From positions 1-64,000 of IMG/VR virus record IMGVR_UViG_3300048577_000133: 64,000 nucleotides of DNA. One strand, 5' to 3'. Each line of letters opens with the position of its first letter. Position 1 is the first letter of the stretch. Of the stretch, positions 9,625 through 18,983 are shown piece after piece. Below the pieces are notes generated by a model. It did not search any database and had not been told where the DNA came from. It saw nothing but the letters and a program-made list of their open reading frames with translations. A program made the position numbers and the translations under genes. This DNA is from a virus.

Positions 9625-10235
9625 TAGCTGTTCGTTTTAATAAACTCTGTTATTCGTTCTGAAACGTTCTTTTTCTCCGGGTATAAACTTTTGATATGTT
9701 TCAGAAATTTGTGAAATGCTTTTTTCTCAGCCAGTGTGTTAAATTCGATCTTAAAGCTCAGTTCTGTCTTTGAAGTCGAACCGCTTTTATCTCTCTTCTT
9801 TTTATCATGCTTTTCGTCAATTGTTAATTCACTTTCTTCAAACCCGATTTCAAGCAATAAATTTTTATCAAAATCGCTGGTAAGAACGTCATGGTTCCAT
9901 TCCCCGCCCCCCTTATTGGCTATGATGTTTGCTTTTTCGCATTGCTCTGGTGTCCATTTTACCAACCGGTAACCAAAACGTTCGCCCTTGTACTCGATGT
10001 ACCCAAGTGCTAGTGTGCCCTGAACTGTTGGAGGATCGAACTCCTTTACAATCTCAATATTACAATTATTTAAATCAACTACCTTACTTCGCTGGTTGCC
10101 GGAAATAATTTCATTTGAATTTTGATCATGTACTACACATCCAAGATCACCTAATTCCTGCATCCAAATAGCCAGATCACTCATTTGTTTTTCGCTAATT
10201 TTCCGGGGGTTTTTGAAATACTCTTTTGCTTCCAT
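9624..10235 (-). CDS. ParB/Srx-fold nuclease-domain protein (203 aa)
   Basis: NPRKISEKQMSDLAIWMQELGDLGCVVHDQNSNEIISGNQR matches the ParB N-terminal-domain pattern (NPR...L...G...iv...iisGnqR). Confidence 0.6.
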   Translation of the reverse strand: MEAKEYFKNPRKISEKQMSDLAIWMQELGDLGCVVHDQNSNEIISGNQRSKVVDLNNCNIEIVKEFDPPTVQGTLALGYIEYKGERFGYRLVKWTPEQCEKANIIANKGGGEWNHDVLTSDFDKNLLLEIGFEESELTIDEKHDKKKRDKSGSTSKTELSFKIEFNTLAEKKAFHKFLKHIKSLYPEKKNVSERITEFIKTNS

Positions 10236-10445
10236 TTATATTTGTTTTAGTGTATATGTGTCTTTTATTAACTCTATCAGTGTTCCGTTTATTCCACTTC
10301 TTTTCCGGGCTTTCCCTTCACTAATTAATTGTTTCAAATCATTTACACACTCTTCGCCAAACATATATCTAAGTTCAACGCTGGCAAAAAAAGGCCATTT
10401 ATTAGCCTTATACTCTGCCTCCATATAATCAACAACCTTACTCAA
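10236..10445 (-). CDS. Hypothetical protein (69 aa)
   Basis: Coupled small ORF overlapping the portal stop. Confidence 0.5.
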   Translation of the reverse strand: MSKVVDYMEAEYKANKWPFFASVELRYMFGEECVNDLKQLISEGKARKRSGINGTLIELIKDTYTLKQI

Positions 10446-12807
10446 TGCTTGCTACTACTCTACCCCTACATTTAGGGTGATATGGTGACGTTGTAAAACC
10501 CATAGCCTGAAGTTCGCTATTGGTTTTTGTTTTAATTTGATCTAATGGATATGAAGTCAAGAACGGGCTTGTTATATTTAAGTTGGCCGGATCTGAATCG
10601 ACTTTTGTTTTGATCTTCTCAATGGCTGTCTTTACTTCGAAAACTTTACCATCCATCGATAAACAATACTGGCAAGTTAAGTTGTCGCCCATCTCGACAA
10701 TTTCATACTTTTCAATTTCAGCCTGATTCATGTACATTACATTCCCATCGTTTCGGATAGTCTGAACCGTTGTATCAATTATCCTGCTGATTTTCCAAGA
10801 TTCCATGTTCAAAACCTTCTCAAACTCTTTTCTGAAAGAATCCAGGTCTTTGCGGTTCTTTCCAATTGGCGTTTGACCCTTAATGTATTTTTCAGTAATG
10901 TATTTGTAAACCCGGTTTTTTGTATCATCATCGGTAATAAACTTACCTAGGTAAAATTTATCAAGCGAATTGTAGTAATCTATTGCTCTGTAATCAAGCA
11001 AGTCAAATTTAGCCTCCGGTGCTTTAAAGAAACTTCCTTTCGAAAACCCTTTATCTTCAGGGAAAATAGTAGTATCCTTCCGGCTATAATCAAATATTTC
11101 GGTTACATTTCGTTTGATCAGCGGCACAATGTCAACATTGAACCCATTTGAATAAGTTTCCAAAATCTTTGCGTAAACCTTTGCTTTAACAGTCTCAATA
11201 TTTTCTGAAGCATCCGATTTAAACAAGACGTTTGCCGCATCTGTCGCTGCTTTCTTATTGCTTTGTACAAATGCTTTTTCAACGTCAGCATAGTATTTGT
11301 TTGCCATTCGATCAATCTTCGCGCTTCCAAAATCCATCCTGATCGATTCGTTATGATTATGCCCGTCATTATACCGAAATACTGGAGTCTTTTTATTCAG
11401 ATAACTTTCATACCCTTCGATCATCCGGATCGCTGAATTTTTGGCCTGATCTTTTGTTTTTGTAGATGCAGGTACAGCCGGTTGTTTTGATTCAGGTAAA
11501 GCCGGTTTTTCATAGCCCAACTTCTGAGCTTTTGTTTGCTGGTCGATTACCCCCATAGTGTAAAGAGATTCAGCGTTTGCAATACGCTTACCTTCAGCAT
11601 CAGCCGCGGCCACTTCATCACTAATCATTGGTACTTCTGATTCTACACCTTTGATAAATTCAGGATCAAACCCATTTAATTGAGCAAACAACTTATAAAG
11701 TTTCAAAAAGAAAGAATCAACCAGGGCCTGATAATCCCGGATTTGATTTGTCATTTTTGCCAGTACTACTTTCCCAAAAGTTTCGGTCGTACTGAAATTC
11801 CTTCCCAACATATTCGGATCCTGTTTCAGCCCTGAGAATACCATCAAATCAATAATCTTCATCAACGTCTCAGAACTCTTTGCGTCCATTTTGCCGGTTT
11901 CAAGCTTTACTTCCTGAGCATCTTTATAACCAGCAATCACTCCTGTTGACAATGCGTTTTTTATCTGAGGATAAATATATTTATCAAGATATTCCTTTGA
12001 TCGTTTAATGTAATCAGTGTTTGTTTCTCCTTGCTCCTGTTCTGGAGGACTTACCGAAACTGAAAGAATTCCTAACATTCCAATTCGTTTCATAACTTCA
12101 GCAAAATTGTCTTTCATGCTGCTTTTAATAAGCACGTCTCGACAAGCAGATAAAAATGGTGGTGTTGGATATGGGCTTTCATGCAACCGTCTCCATGCGG
12201 CGTAATGATACGTCACCGGATTTAATGCAATTAGTCCTGCGGTTCCTTTCCCTGAGTAACTTCTTTGATAGGTTAAATATTGAATGCTTTCAGGATCATA
12301 CACAAAAACAATGTTCCGGGGCGAAACCCTAAAAACCTGGTGTATGTTATCAAGTTTTAAAGTAGGTACAATCTCAGCGCTTATAGCTCCAAAAATTACA
12401 GCCTGAGCAAGTAAATCAGATTTAAGCGATCGTATACCTTCCGAATTATTATACCAGGAATTTTGATTGTCAGTAATTAATTCATTTAAATTTTTTCGGA
12501 TTGATTCACTTACTGAATCAGAATAAATTATTTCATGCTTTGTATTTGAAAGCTGTACTAGATTGTCTAACGCATAGCTAACATCTTCATTATACGCCGC
12601 AAGATTGACAAGTGTATCAAACCATTCTATTGCAAAATCAGGAGGAATTGCACCAAGTTTTGAATGAAATTGAGTAGTTGCATCTTCGCTGACTCTTACC
12701 CCTCCCTGAATAGGCATAAACCCGCTTTTAATTTCACTCTTCAGGGTTTCAACCTCCTGCCTTAATTTTTTTATTTCTGTATTTTTTCCGAAACGCCAAA
12801 TTTTCAT
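10438..12807 (-). CDS. Portal-sized N-terminal region fused to a Mu F / SPP1 gp7-like minor head domain
   Basis: C-terminal CQYCLSMDGKVFE ... SPYHPKCRGRVV is the Mu F-family signature. The N-terminal roughly 450 aa is called portal by size and position only. Start moved to ATG 12807 because the track start at 12834 reads through promoter-like sequence. Confidence 0.65.
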   Translation of the reverse strand: MKIWRFGKNTEIKKLRQEVETLKSEIKSGFMPIQGGVRVSEDATTQFHSKLGAIPPDFAIEWFDTLVNLAAYNEDVSYALDNLVQLSNTKHEIIYSDSVSESIRKNLNELITDNQNSWYNNSEGIRSLKSDLLAQAVIFGAISAEIVPTLKLDNIHQVFRVSPRNIVFVYDPESIQYLTYQRSYSGKGTAGLIALNPVTYHYAAWRRLHESPYPTPPFLSACRDVLIKSSMKDNFAEVMKRIGMLGILSVSVSPPEQEQGETNTDYIKRSKEYLDKYIYPQIKNALSTGVIAGYKDAQEVKLETGKMDAKSSETLMKIIDLMVFSGLKQDPNMLGRNFSTTETFGKVVLAKMTNQIRDYQALVDSFFLKLYKLFAQLNGFDPEFIKGVESEVPMISDEVAAADAEGKRIANAESLYTMGVIDQQTKAQKLGYEKPALPESKQPAVPASTKTKDQAKNSAIRMIEGYESYLNKKTPVFRYNDGHNHNESIRMDFGSAKIDRMANKYYADVEKAFVQSNKKAATDAANVLFKSDASENIETVKAKVYAKILETYSNGFNVDIVPLIKRNVTEIFDYSRKDTTIFPEDKGFSKGSFFKAPEAKFDLLDYRAIDYYNSLDKFYLGKFITDDDTKNRVYKYITEKYIKGQTPIGKNRKDLDSFRKEFEKVLNMESWKISRIIDTTVQTIRNDGNVMYMNQAEIEKYEIVEMGDNLTCQYCLSMDGKVFEVKTAIEKIKTKVDSDPANLNITSPFLTSYPLDQIKTKTNSELQAMGFTTSPYHPKCRGRVVASIE

Positions 12808-12832
12808 AATTGCATGTTTGCATATAATATGC

Positions 12833-12866
12833 AAAAAAAAGCCTCACATTTTTGTAAGGCTTTTTT
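12833..12866 (-). terminator. Rho-independent (bidirectional-looking) terminator
   Basis: GCCTCACATTTTTGTAAGGC flanked by A8 on one side and T6 on the other. Confidence 0.75.
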
Positions 12867-12942
12867 ATCCGGTTTGGTGCGATTAGTAAGCACATAATTG
12901 CACTAATTCATATTTCAATTCCAATTTGGACAATCAAATGTA

Positions 12943-13473
12943 TTAAATCAATTTAATTTTTCCGCGAATTTCAAGATAACTTTTTTCTGTTTCGCCCCAT
13001 GGCACGGGGAAGTAAATTAAATCTGCTGCGCTTTTTATGTTGCCTTTCCCGGTTTTGATAAAGAAGTTAGCAAATTTATTTAGGTTTTCCGATCCGGGGC
13101 CGATTTTCTTACTAATTACGTTTAGCACCGAATTTTTGGGCAATTGATATTTTGTTTCATTGTAAATATCAGATGCCGAAACGCGGTACGTTTCGCATAA
13201 ATACGGTATGTTGCAAGCTGCAACTTTTGACTTGTCGAACCCAAAAGTCATACCTTCAGGCATCAATTGTTTCGGGGTCCAAATATTTGCCCCGACATTT
13301 TTAAGGACCAGCGCAATGCTGTTTATCGCATCGAGTGACGGGTTTTTAAATCCGTTTGCCCAGTTGCGCCACGCCATCACCGTGAACCCGGTTTGAGAAA
13401 GAAGCCATTCCCGGTCCTTATTTACCGTAACCAGGTAGGCTTTTACAATTTGAATAAATGTTTTGTTATTCAT
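12943..13473 (-). CDS. Putative tandem HTH (XRE-like) regulator
   Basis: Two HTH-like segments (LLSQTGFTVMAWRNWANGFKNPSLDAINSIALVL and YLCETYRVSASDIYNETKYQLPKNSVLNVISKKIG). Start taken at ATG 13473. Confidence 0.5.
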   Translation of the reverse strand: MNNKTFIQIVKAYLVTVNKDREWLLSQTGFTVMAWRNWANGFKNPSLDAINSIALVLKNVGANIWTPKQLMPEGMTFGFDKSKVAACNIPYLCETYRVSASDIYNETKYQLPKNSVLNVISKKIGPGSENLNKFANFFIKTGKGNIKSAADLIYFPVPWGETEKSYLEIRGKIKLI

Positions 13474-13657
13474 TGTTTTGCTTTTTATTAACATTTTTAT
13501 TAGAGTAAATTTGATATAGAACGCATACGCAATATATTACTGCAAACAACAACATGCTAAAAAAGCTTATTATCTTAATAGTTGCATTGATATTTGAAAA
13601 TGGAATTGTTGATAAAATTACAATAATTATCAGCAAATAGTTAATGTTAAATTTCAT
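13466..13657 (-). CDS. Small two-TM membrane protein (63 aa)
   Basis: Hydrophobic segments LLIIIVILSTIPF and FFSMLLFAVIYCVCVLY. Confidence 0.45.
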   Translation of the reverse strand: MKFNINYLLIIIVILSTIPFSNINATIKIISFFSMLLFAVIYCVCVLYQIYSNKNVNKKQNNE

Positions 13658-13720
13658 AATCTTAAATTTTATTGCCTTTACTGTTTTTCCTACTCTTTTA
13701 AGGATTTTCGGAATACTCCT

Positions 13721-13737
13721 GAATTGTTAAACAATTC
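13721..13737. promoter_or_regulatory. Perfect palindrome GAATTGTT-A-AACAATTC (operator-like)
   Basis: 8-bp arms with a 1-nt spacer, in the intergenic region upstream of the 63-aa and HTH genes. Confidence 0.4.
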
Positions 13738-13846
13738 TAATTTGGTACTTTGTTTGCCAAAAATTGAGGCTTTCGCCTCTTACCCGTTTGGATGAAACAA
13801 AGATATAAATAAATTCCAATATGGTGCAAGTGTTTTGTAATAAAAA

Positions 13847-14356
13847 TTAATCAGATTTTTCGTTAGATTCTGAAAATTCTTTTCCTGCAAAAAGTTCGGC
13901 AAGTCCCGATAATTGTTTTAGCCTTAGCACTTCGTCGGCATCCATGCCAATGTTTTTCATTATCCAAGCATCGCCCATCCCTGCTTTTGACAGTTCTGAA
14001 ACAATATTTACCATTAAATCAATATCATGCGATCCACGGGCCCGATTATGACGAATGGTAGAAGCCATACGGTTGCTGATGTCTTTTTCAATAACAACAA
14101 CTGGCATCAATCCGTTTTCTCGTTCGTAAATATCGCGGTGTTTAAGCATCACTGTATATCTGTGAAAACCGTCAACAATTTCATACTTATCGTCATCGGG
14201 AAGATGATAACAAACAATAGGCATGGTATAGCCATCTTCTTTAATTGACTGGTATAGTAATTTCATCTCAGGGGGTGCTACTGCATTTGGATTGTAGCTA
14301 TTGGCTTGTATTTTTTCGACAGGTATAGCCTGTACGTTATAAACTGGTGATGTCAT
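13847..14356 (-). CDS. IbrB-like ParB-domain protein (169 aa)
   Basis: IPVEKIQANSYNPNAV...LLYQSIKEDGYTMPIVCYH...YEIVDGFHRY is a ParB N-terminal-domain pattern. Start overlaps the PAPS-reductase-like gene. Confidence 0.7.
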   Translation of the reverse strand: MTSPVYNVQAIPVEKIQANSYNPNAVAPPEMKLLYQSIKEDGYTMPIVCYHLPDDDKYEIVDGFHRYTVMLKHRDIYERENGLMPVVVIEKDISNRMASTIRHNRARGSHDIDLMVNIVSELSKAGMGDAWIMKNIGMDADEVLRLKQLSGLAELFAGKEFSESNEKSD

Positions 14357-15636
14357 AATATTGATCTGTATTTTTCTAACATGTTATTTCGTTTCTCTAA
14401 TTCATATTTGGTAAGTCCAAATCCTAACGTCTTGCAAGCTGTATCATTTTTCATTATTGCTATGCACATGCGTTTGTATGTTGGTAAAAGATTTGGGTTC
14501 TTTATTTCAATTTCATCTAAGTAATCTTTAAAGCGAATTACCCTATAGTCTGTTGTATAATTACGATTGTTTTCTGGAGTACCCAAATCTTCAAATTCGA
14601 TCTGCGTAGAATCAAGTTCGTTGGCAACTTCAGACGGCAATGCTCCACCTTTTTCAAGCCAATATTTAAATGATACCTCTAATTTTCGAATGTAATTTTC
14701 TCGTGTTTCTTTAGGTAATGTATCAAGTAAAAAATACATGTATTGTTTCCATGTAAAATGTGCAGGTTTTTTTATGTTATTCCAACCCATAGCTGTAGTT
14801 CCGCCGTAAAGACCGGAAAAATTAACTCCGTTTACGCGGCCAATCAGTTTTCCCCAATTATTAGGGTCTATTACCTTATACAATTTCAGGCTTTCGGTTG
14901 CGCAATCGTTAAACGGACTTGCAACACGCATGGAGTTTAGTTTAACGCCTGCGCGATACATCAAATCGTACAACCGGTTATAATCAAAACGGAACCGATA
15001 ATTTGCTATCCAAATATCATCAACTTGCCAATCATAAATTGGATAGGCGTTGATAAGATTTGATGTTAAAACAGAGGTGTAATTATTTGATTTATATTCA
15101 TTACGGTCGTCAAATTTATTTACCGCTTTCCAACGGTGCAGGCTTTCCTGGGTGCGAATTCCGATCAAAAAGCAGGTTTTCTTTTCTTTTGATATTACTT
15201 TGCCAAATTTGATATTAAAGTCGTAATCGCTGATTTCGTAATCAAAATTAAACGGAAAATTATCTTCATTGATGCAATTTACAGGAAGATCGCGGCACCA
15301 TATTTCTTTATCTTCCTTTCTCCACGGTTGCCAGTAGTTTTGAAACATGCTTGTAGCACATTGGGCTTTTATAGGAAGACAAACCCAATATTTTGAAACT
15401 TCACTGGAAAGTGATTCAAACGTCCGGGTAACGTAATTAGTTGTTTCCTGATATTGTGCCTCGTAATCCATGTGGTAAACTCCAACCTTATGCAGTTGGT
15501 TAGTTTTACGGGCATAGTTTAACGCAAGATTCATCATTACTCCACTGTCTTTTCCTCCCGAAAAAGATATGATTATCTGCTCAAATTCATTGAATAAAAA
15601 AGCAATTCGCTTAATAGTTGCTTCGTAAACATTCAT
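14353..15636 (-). CDS. IbrA-like PAPS-reductase / PP-loop family protein (427 aa)
   Basis: PP-loop SFSGGKDSGV near the N-terminus, long C-terminal extension, and pairing with a ParB-like gene as in IbrA/IbrB. Confidence 0.75.
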   Translation of the reverse strand: MNVYEATIKRIAFLFNEFEQIIISFSGGKDSGVMMNLALNYARKTNQLHKVGVYHMDYEAQYQETTNYVTRTFESLSSEVSKYWVCLPIKAQCATSMFQNYWQPWRKEDKEIWCRDLPVNCINEDNFPFNFDYEISDYDFNIKFGKVISKEKKTCFLIGIRTQESLHRWKAVNKFDDRNEYKSNNYTSVLTSNLINAYPIYDWQVDDIWIANYRFRFDYNRLYDLMYRAGVKLNSMRVASPFNDCATESLKLYKVIDPNNWGKLIGRVNGVNFSGLYGGTTAMGWNNIKKPAHFTWKQYMYFLLDTLPKETRENYIRKLEVSFKYWLEKGGALPSEVANELDSTQIEFEDLGTPENNRNYTTDYRVIRFKDYLDEIEIKNPNLLPTYKRMCIAIMKNDTACKTLGFGLTKYELEKRNNMLEKYRSIL

Positions 15637-15839
15637 TAGTTAATCATTAAATCTTTATCGCTTTCTTTATCTGGATAATATTTACCTTCTGAAGTAACGC
15701 AAATTACTTCTTTGTTGTCAATTATTGCAACAATTGGAAATTTCTTGCTATTTCTGTCAAATAAAAGAACCTTTACTGGTTTACCTTTTCTGGTAAAAAT
15801 TTCAGCACCTTGTTTTGCTTTTTCAATATCAAATTGCAT
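15636..15839 (-). CDS. Hypothetical protein (67 aa)
   Basis: Start moved to ATG 15839 (MQFDIEKAK). The track N-terminus MHYICKINT is a translated promoter motif. Confidence 0.5.
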   Translation of the reverse strand: MQFDIEKAKQGAEIFTRKGKPVKVLLFDRNSKKFPIVAIIDNKEVICVTSEGKYYPDKESDKDLMIN

Positions 15840-15862
15840 TGTATTAATTTTACAAATATAAT

Positions 15863-15887
15863 GCAAATATATATATTGTATTTGTAA
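15863..15887 (-). promoter_or_regulatory. Extended early/middle promoter motif copy
   Basis: Plus strand gcaaatatatatattgtatttgtaa, which on the minus strand ends in a TAnnTTTG -7 box. Confidence 0.65.
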
Positions 15888-15909
15888 AAACGATATTCAA
15901 ATTGAATTT

Positions 15910-17559
15910 TTATAACAATTCAATGTATTTTTTTAATTTGGTTTTGTTCTTCATCAATTCTTTTATTTCGTCAGTTAAATTACCTTTTCGCCGCAAATTT
16001 CCCATAATCCGAGTATCAATTCCTGAATGAGTAAGTAAATCAATGACCAACATTGGTTTTGTTTGTCCGGGTCGGTCAATACGTCCAACCGACTGCTTTC
16101 GATTTAAATAACTAAAAGAATTAGAATAGAAAACAACTTGGCTACTTACTTCCTGAAGACCATTCAATCCGGTACCACCGCTTTGCATTGTCGCAACAAA
16201 GTAAAGGCGTTTTCTTTCGCGGAATAATTGTAATTCGTTGTCGCGATCTTTAGGGTTACGGCCTGTAAACACGGCGCAATTTTCGCGTCCTAAATAATTA
16301 ATTATTGTTTCGATTTCAAAAATGTATTTACAAAAAAACACGGTTGGTTGTGTAAAATCAAGATTTTTAAGCATTAATGGTTTGTTTGATTCCAAGATTG
16401 TTATTTTCCCATCGCGGGTTTTGTGGTACCCTGATGTGATTTGCTGCATATGTGTAAACACTTCAAAAATATCGATTGCTCTCATTTCGTCACGCTCAAT
16501 AATTGTCAATAACCGCTCCTTTTCTGCCTGATAGTATTCTTCCTGTTCGTCAGTAAGATAACAATACTTTGCCGTTTCTGTTTTAGCCGGAAGGTCTAAA
16601 ACTTCTTCTTTCGATACTTGATAAGTATAAGGTTCGAGCAATCCCATTAGTTGATCAAGATTCTTGTAACCAATTATTTCGTCGCCATTACGACCACCCA
16701 TAATTAGGTATTTTTCTTCAAACTTCAGCCAGTTACGAACTCCTATAATCAATTCCGAAAGCATTGCATACTGCATGTACAAGTTATGCACATTTTCGGT
16801 TACTGGCGTTCCTGTCATCACTACCTTGTAACTGCTTTTATCGCACACCATTTTGATCCGCTTGCTACGTTTTGCTATCGGAGTTTTCACCATGTGGCTT
16901 TCGTCAACAATAATCTGAGTTTCATTATCTGCATATTCCAAAGCTTCAAAAACGGTTTTGTCGCTTGAACTCATGCTTTCAATGCCGATCAACTTCCAAT
17001 AGATTCCGGGAGTATTGCACCATAAGTGTATTTGATCGCGGAAATTCTTTTTTGTCGATACGGGAAGGAATACCAATACCTTTTTGATTTGCCCAGCTTC
17101 GTAACGGCTCTGCACAAGGTCAATAACTATCTTACTTTTCATTGTTCCGGTATCGGCATACAAGGCTGATACCTTCATCGAACACATAAACCGGAGCGCA
17201 TCAACCTGGTGCTTTTTGCTTCGAGAATCATACACAGGAATAACGTCATCCTTCAGTCGTTCGTGAAGCGGCACTTTTTTGCGCTCCAGTTCACAATTAT
17301 TGATCAACTCGTGAAATTGACGTTCTATTTCGGCCTTGTAGTTTGCCGCTTGTTGATTATCGTAATAATTTGAATTACGGTCGTTCTCTACCCGGCAAAA
17401 CACCTGAAGGCGATCGTTAACCACCTCGAACCACGCAGCTGTTTTAATTCCTTTTCCATTTTTACCGTATGGGATATACAGCCGCCTGATGCCGTTTTTT
17501 TCTCCGGTAAACAAGCGGCTATATTTAATGCGTGATTGTATGGTTTCAAGGGTATTCAT
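15910..17559 (-). CDS. SNF2-family helicase-like protein with atypical motif I (549 aa)
   Basis: IVDESH (motif II), MTGTPVTEN (III), SGGTGLNGLQ (V) and QSVGRIDRPGQ (VI) are present. Motif I reads YADTGTMKSK instead of GxGKT. Confidence 0.75.
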   Translation of the reverse strand: MNTLETIQSRIKYSRLFTGEKNGIRRLYIPYGKNGKGIKTAAWFEVVNDRLQVFCRVENDRNSNYYDNQQAANYKAEIERQFHELINNCELERKKVPLHERLKDDVIPVYDSRSKKHQVDALRFMCSMKVSALYADTGTMKSKIVIDLVQSRYEAGQIKKVLVFLPVSTKKNFRDQIHLWCNTPGIYWKLIGIESMSSSDKTVFEALEYADNETQIIVDESHMVKTPIAKRSKRIKMVCDKSSYKVVMTGTPVTENVHNLYMQYAMLSELIIGVRNWLKFEEKYLIMGGRNGDEIIGYKNLDQLMGLLEPYTYQVSKEEVLDLPAKTETAKYCYLTDEQEEYYQAEKERLLTIIERDEMRAIDIFEVFTHMQQITSGYHKTRDGKITILESNKPLMLKNLDFTQPTVFFCKYIFEIETIINYLGRENCAVFTGRNPKDRDNELQLFRERKRLYFVATMQSGGTGLNGLQEVSSQVVFYSNSFSYLNRKQSVGRIDRPGQTKPMLVIDLLTHSGIDTRIMGNLRRKGNLTDEIKELMKNKTKLKKYIELL

Positions 17560-18047
17560 AATATAAATGATTTAGCCTCAGAATTGTTATGCACTTTGTA
17601 TATAACATAGTCTGTTTTTTTAATATATTCAATAGCCTGAATATATGGAAGAAGTTCTATTGGATGGTACCAACCATTTGGTCTTTTCTCACTAACCCAG
17701 ACGTCTGGGTTAGTGACGAACAAAAATATTCCGTGAAAATACCCATGCCACCTGATTAATTTAGGTGGATTTGATTCTATTTCACATTCTTGTTCAACAG
17801 TAGGAATACAACCATCAATTGCGATCAATTCTAACTCAGGAAATTCTTCCCCTTTCCGCATTTTGTCCCAAAAGTCAGAATCAATTCTAACTTTTTTGTG
17901 GCAATACGAACAATACGCTTTTTTTATGTGTCCTTTTTGTGACACTTCAATTATTACGTGCCCCTTTGGGTCATCACCAGGAGCCATTGTGTGATAACAA
18001 GGTTTGTAATACCTTGTTTTAAATGTTAAAGTTTTCATTTTTATCAA
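17556..18047 (-). CDS. Hypothetical Cys/His-containing protein (163 aa)
   Basis: Coupled ORF carrying CYH...CSYCH. Confidence 0.5.
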   Translation of the reverse strand: MIKMKTLTFKTRYYKPCYHTMAPGDDPKGHVIIEVSQKGHIKKAYCSYCHKKVRIDSDFWDKMRKGEEFPELELIAIDGCIPTVEQECEIESNPPKLIRWHGYFHGIFLFVTNPDVWVSEKRPNGWYHPIELLPYIQAIEYIKKTDYVIYKVHNNSEAKSFIL

Positions 18048-18613
18048 TTTAATTCATTTTCTAATTCTACGATACGAGCTTTCAATGCTTCAATTTCGGC
18101 CTTAATTTCTTCAACTGGCCGTTTCTTTTTCGAGTATTTTACTTCGCACCAGCCTTCTTCGATTGCCTTTTTTACTTCAGGTAATTCGAGTGATGGTATC
18201 GGAAAATTCTTGATTTCAAAGGTGGCATTGCTTATTGTTGTGTTCCAGTTTTTTACAGAACCTCCAGAATTGTATTTGCCTGATATAAAAACAATATCAT
18301 CGCCAAGCCGTGCACCCGAATCGCGTCCAAAAGCACGGGCTATTGACCTGCCAAAAAGCACAACGGGTCCATGTGCTTCAAAATCAGAAAAATCGGTTAT
18401 TAGCAGAGTGCATGTTTCAAAAGGTGTTTCTCCTGTTGTTCCAAAAAACTGTATCATTGCTTCTCGAACGTAGTCGAGAATAGAATCATCAAACCACCAA
18501 GCCCCGCCCTTAAAAGTACCGCGAAAATTGCGACACTTATTAACAAACCTTTCGTTGTAAGGAGTTACAACTTTTACTTTGTCGTCTATAATAGTTAATT
18601 GTATTGCTTGCAT
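18044..18613 (-). CDS. Hypothetical protein with C-terminal coiled coil (189 aa)
   Basis: Coupled ORF; no family recognised. Confidence 0.5.
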   Translation of the reverse strand: MQAIQLTIIDDKVKVVTPYNERFVNKCRNFRGTFKGGAWWFDDSILDYVREAMIQFFGTTGETPFETCTLLITDFSDFEAHGPVVLFGRSIARAFGRDSGARLGDDIVFISGKYNSGGSVKNWNTTISNATFEIKNFPIPSLELPEVKKAIEEGWCEVKYSKKKRPVEEIKAEIEALKARIVELENELN

Positions 18614-18656
18614 AATTATTTTTTCCTTTTTATTGATGTATACTTCAGTTGCTTTG

Positions 18657-18893
18657 TTACTTTATTCGCATAAAATCAACGCAATCTTGATGCGATTCGA
18701 AGGGAATAATACCTTTTGCATCACCTGAAGGCGAATAAATAGCTTTTCCTGAATTATAGAAAGCAACAAATTCGGGACCTCCATAAGCATTTATACCAAA
18801 AACACCGTATTCAGTTGGTTCAAACTTGAACGCATTTGAAACGTAATCCAATGAAACAGGATCAAGTGAGTGAGCTAAATTTACTTTTTTCAT
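18657..18893 (-). CDS. Hypothetical protein (78 aa)
   Basis: First ORF downstream of the promoter motif at 18927. Confidence 0.5.
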   Translation of the reverse strand: MKKVNLAHSLDPVSLDYVSNAFKFEPTEYGVFGINAYGGPEFVAFYNSGKAIYSPSGDAKGIIPFESHQDCVDFMRIK

Positions 18894-18926
18894 CTTGTTT
18901 TTGTTTTAATATTTGTACTTTGTTCT

Positions 18927-18951
18927 GCAAATATAAATACTATATTTGTAA
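18927..18951 (-). promoter_or_regulatory. Extended early/middle promoter motif copy
   Basis: gcaaatataaatactatatttgtaa. Confidence 0.7.
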
Positions 18952-18983
18952 TTATAAGCATTTAAACACTTTTTTTTACAAAT

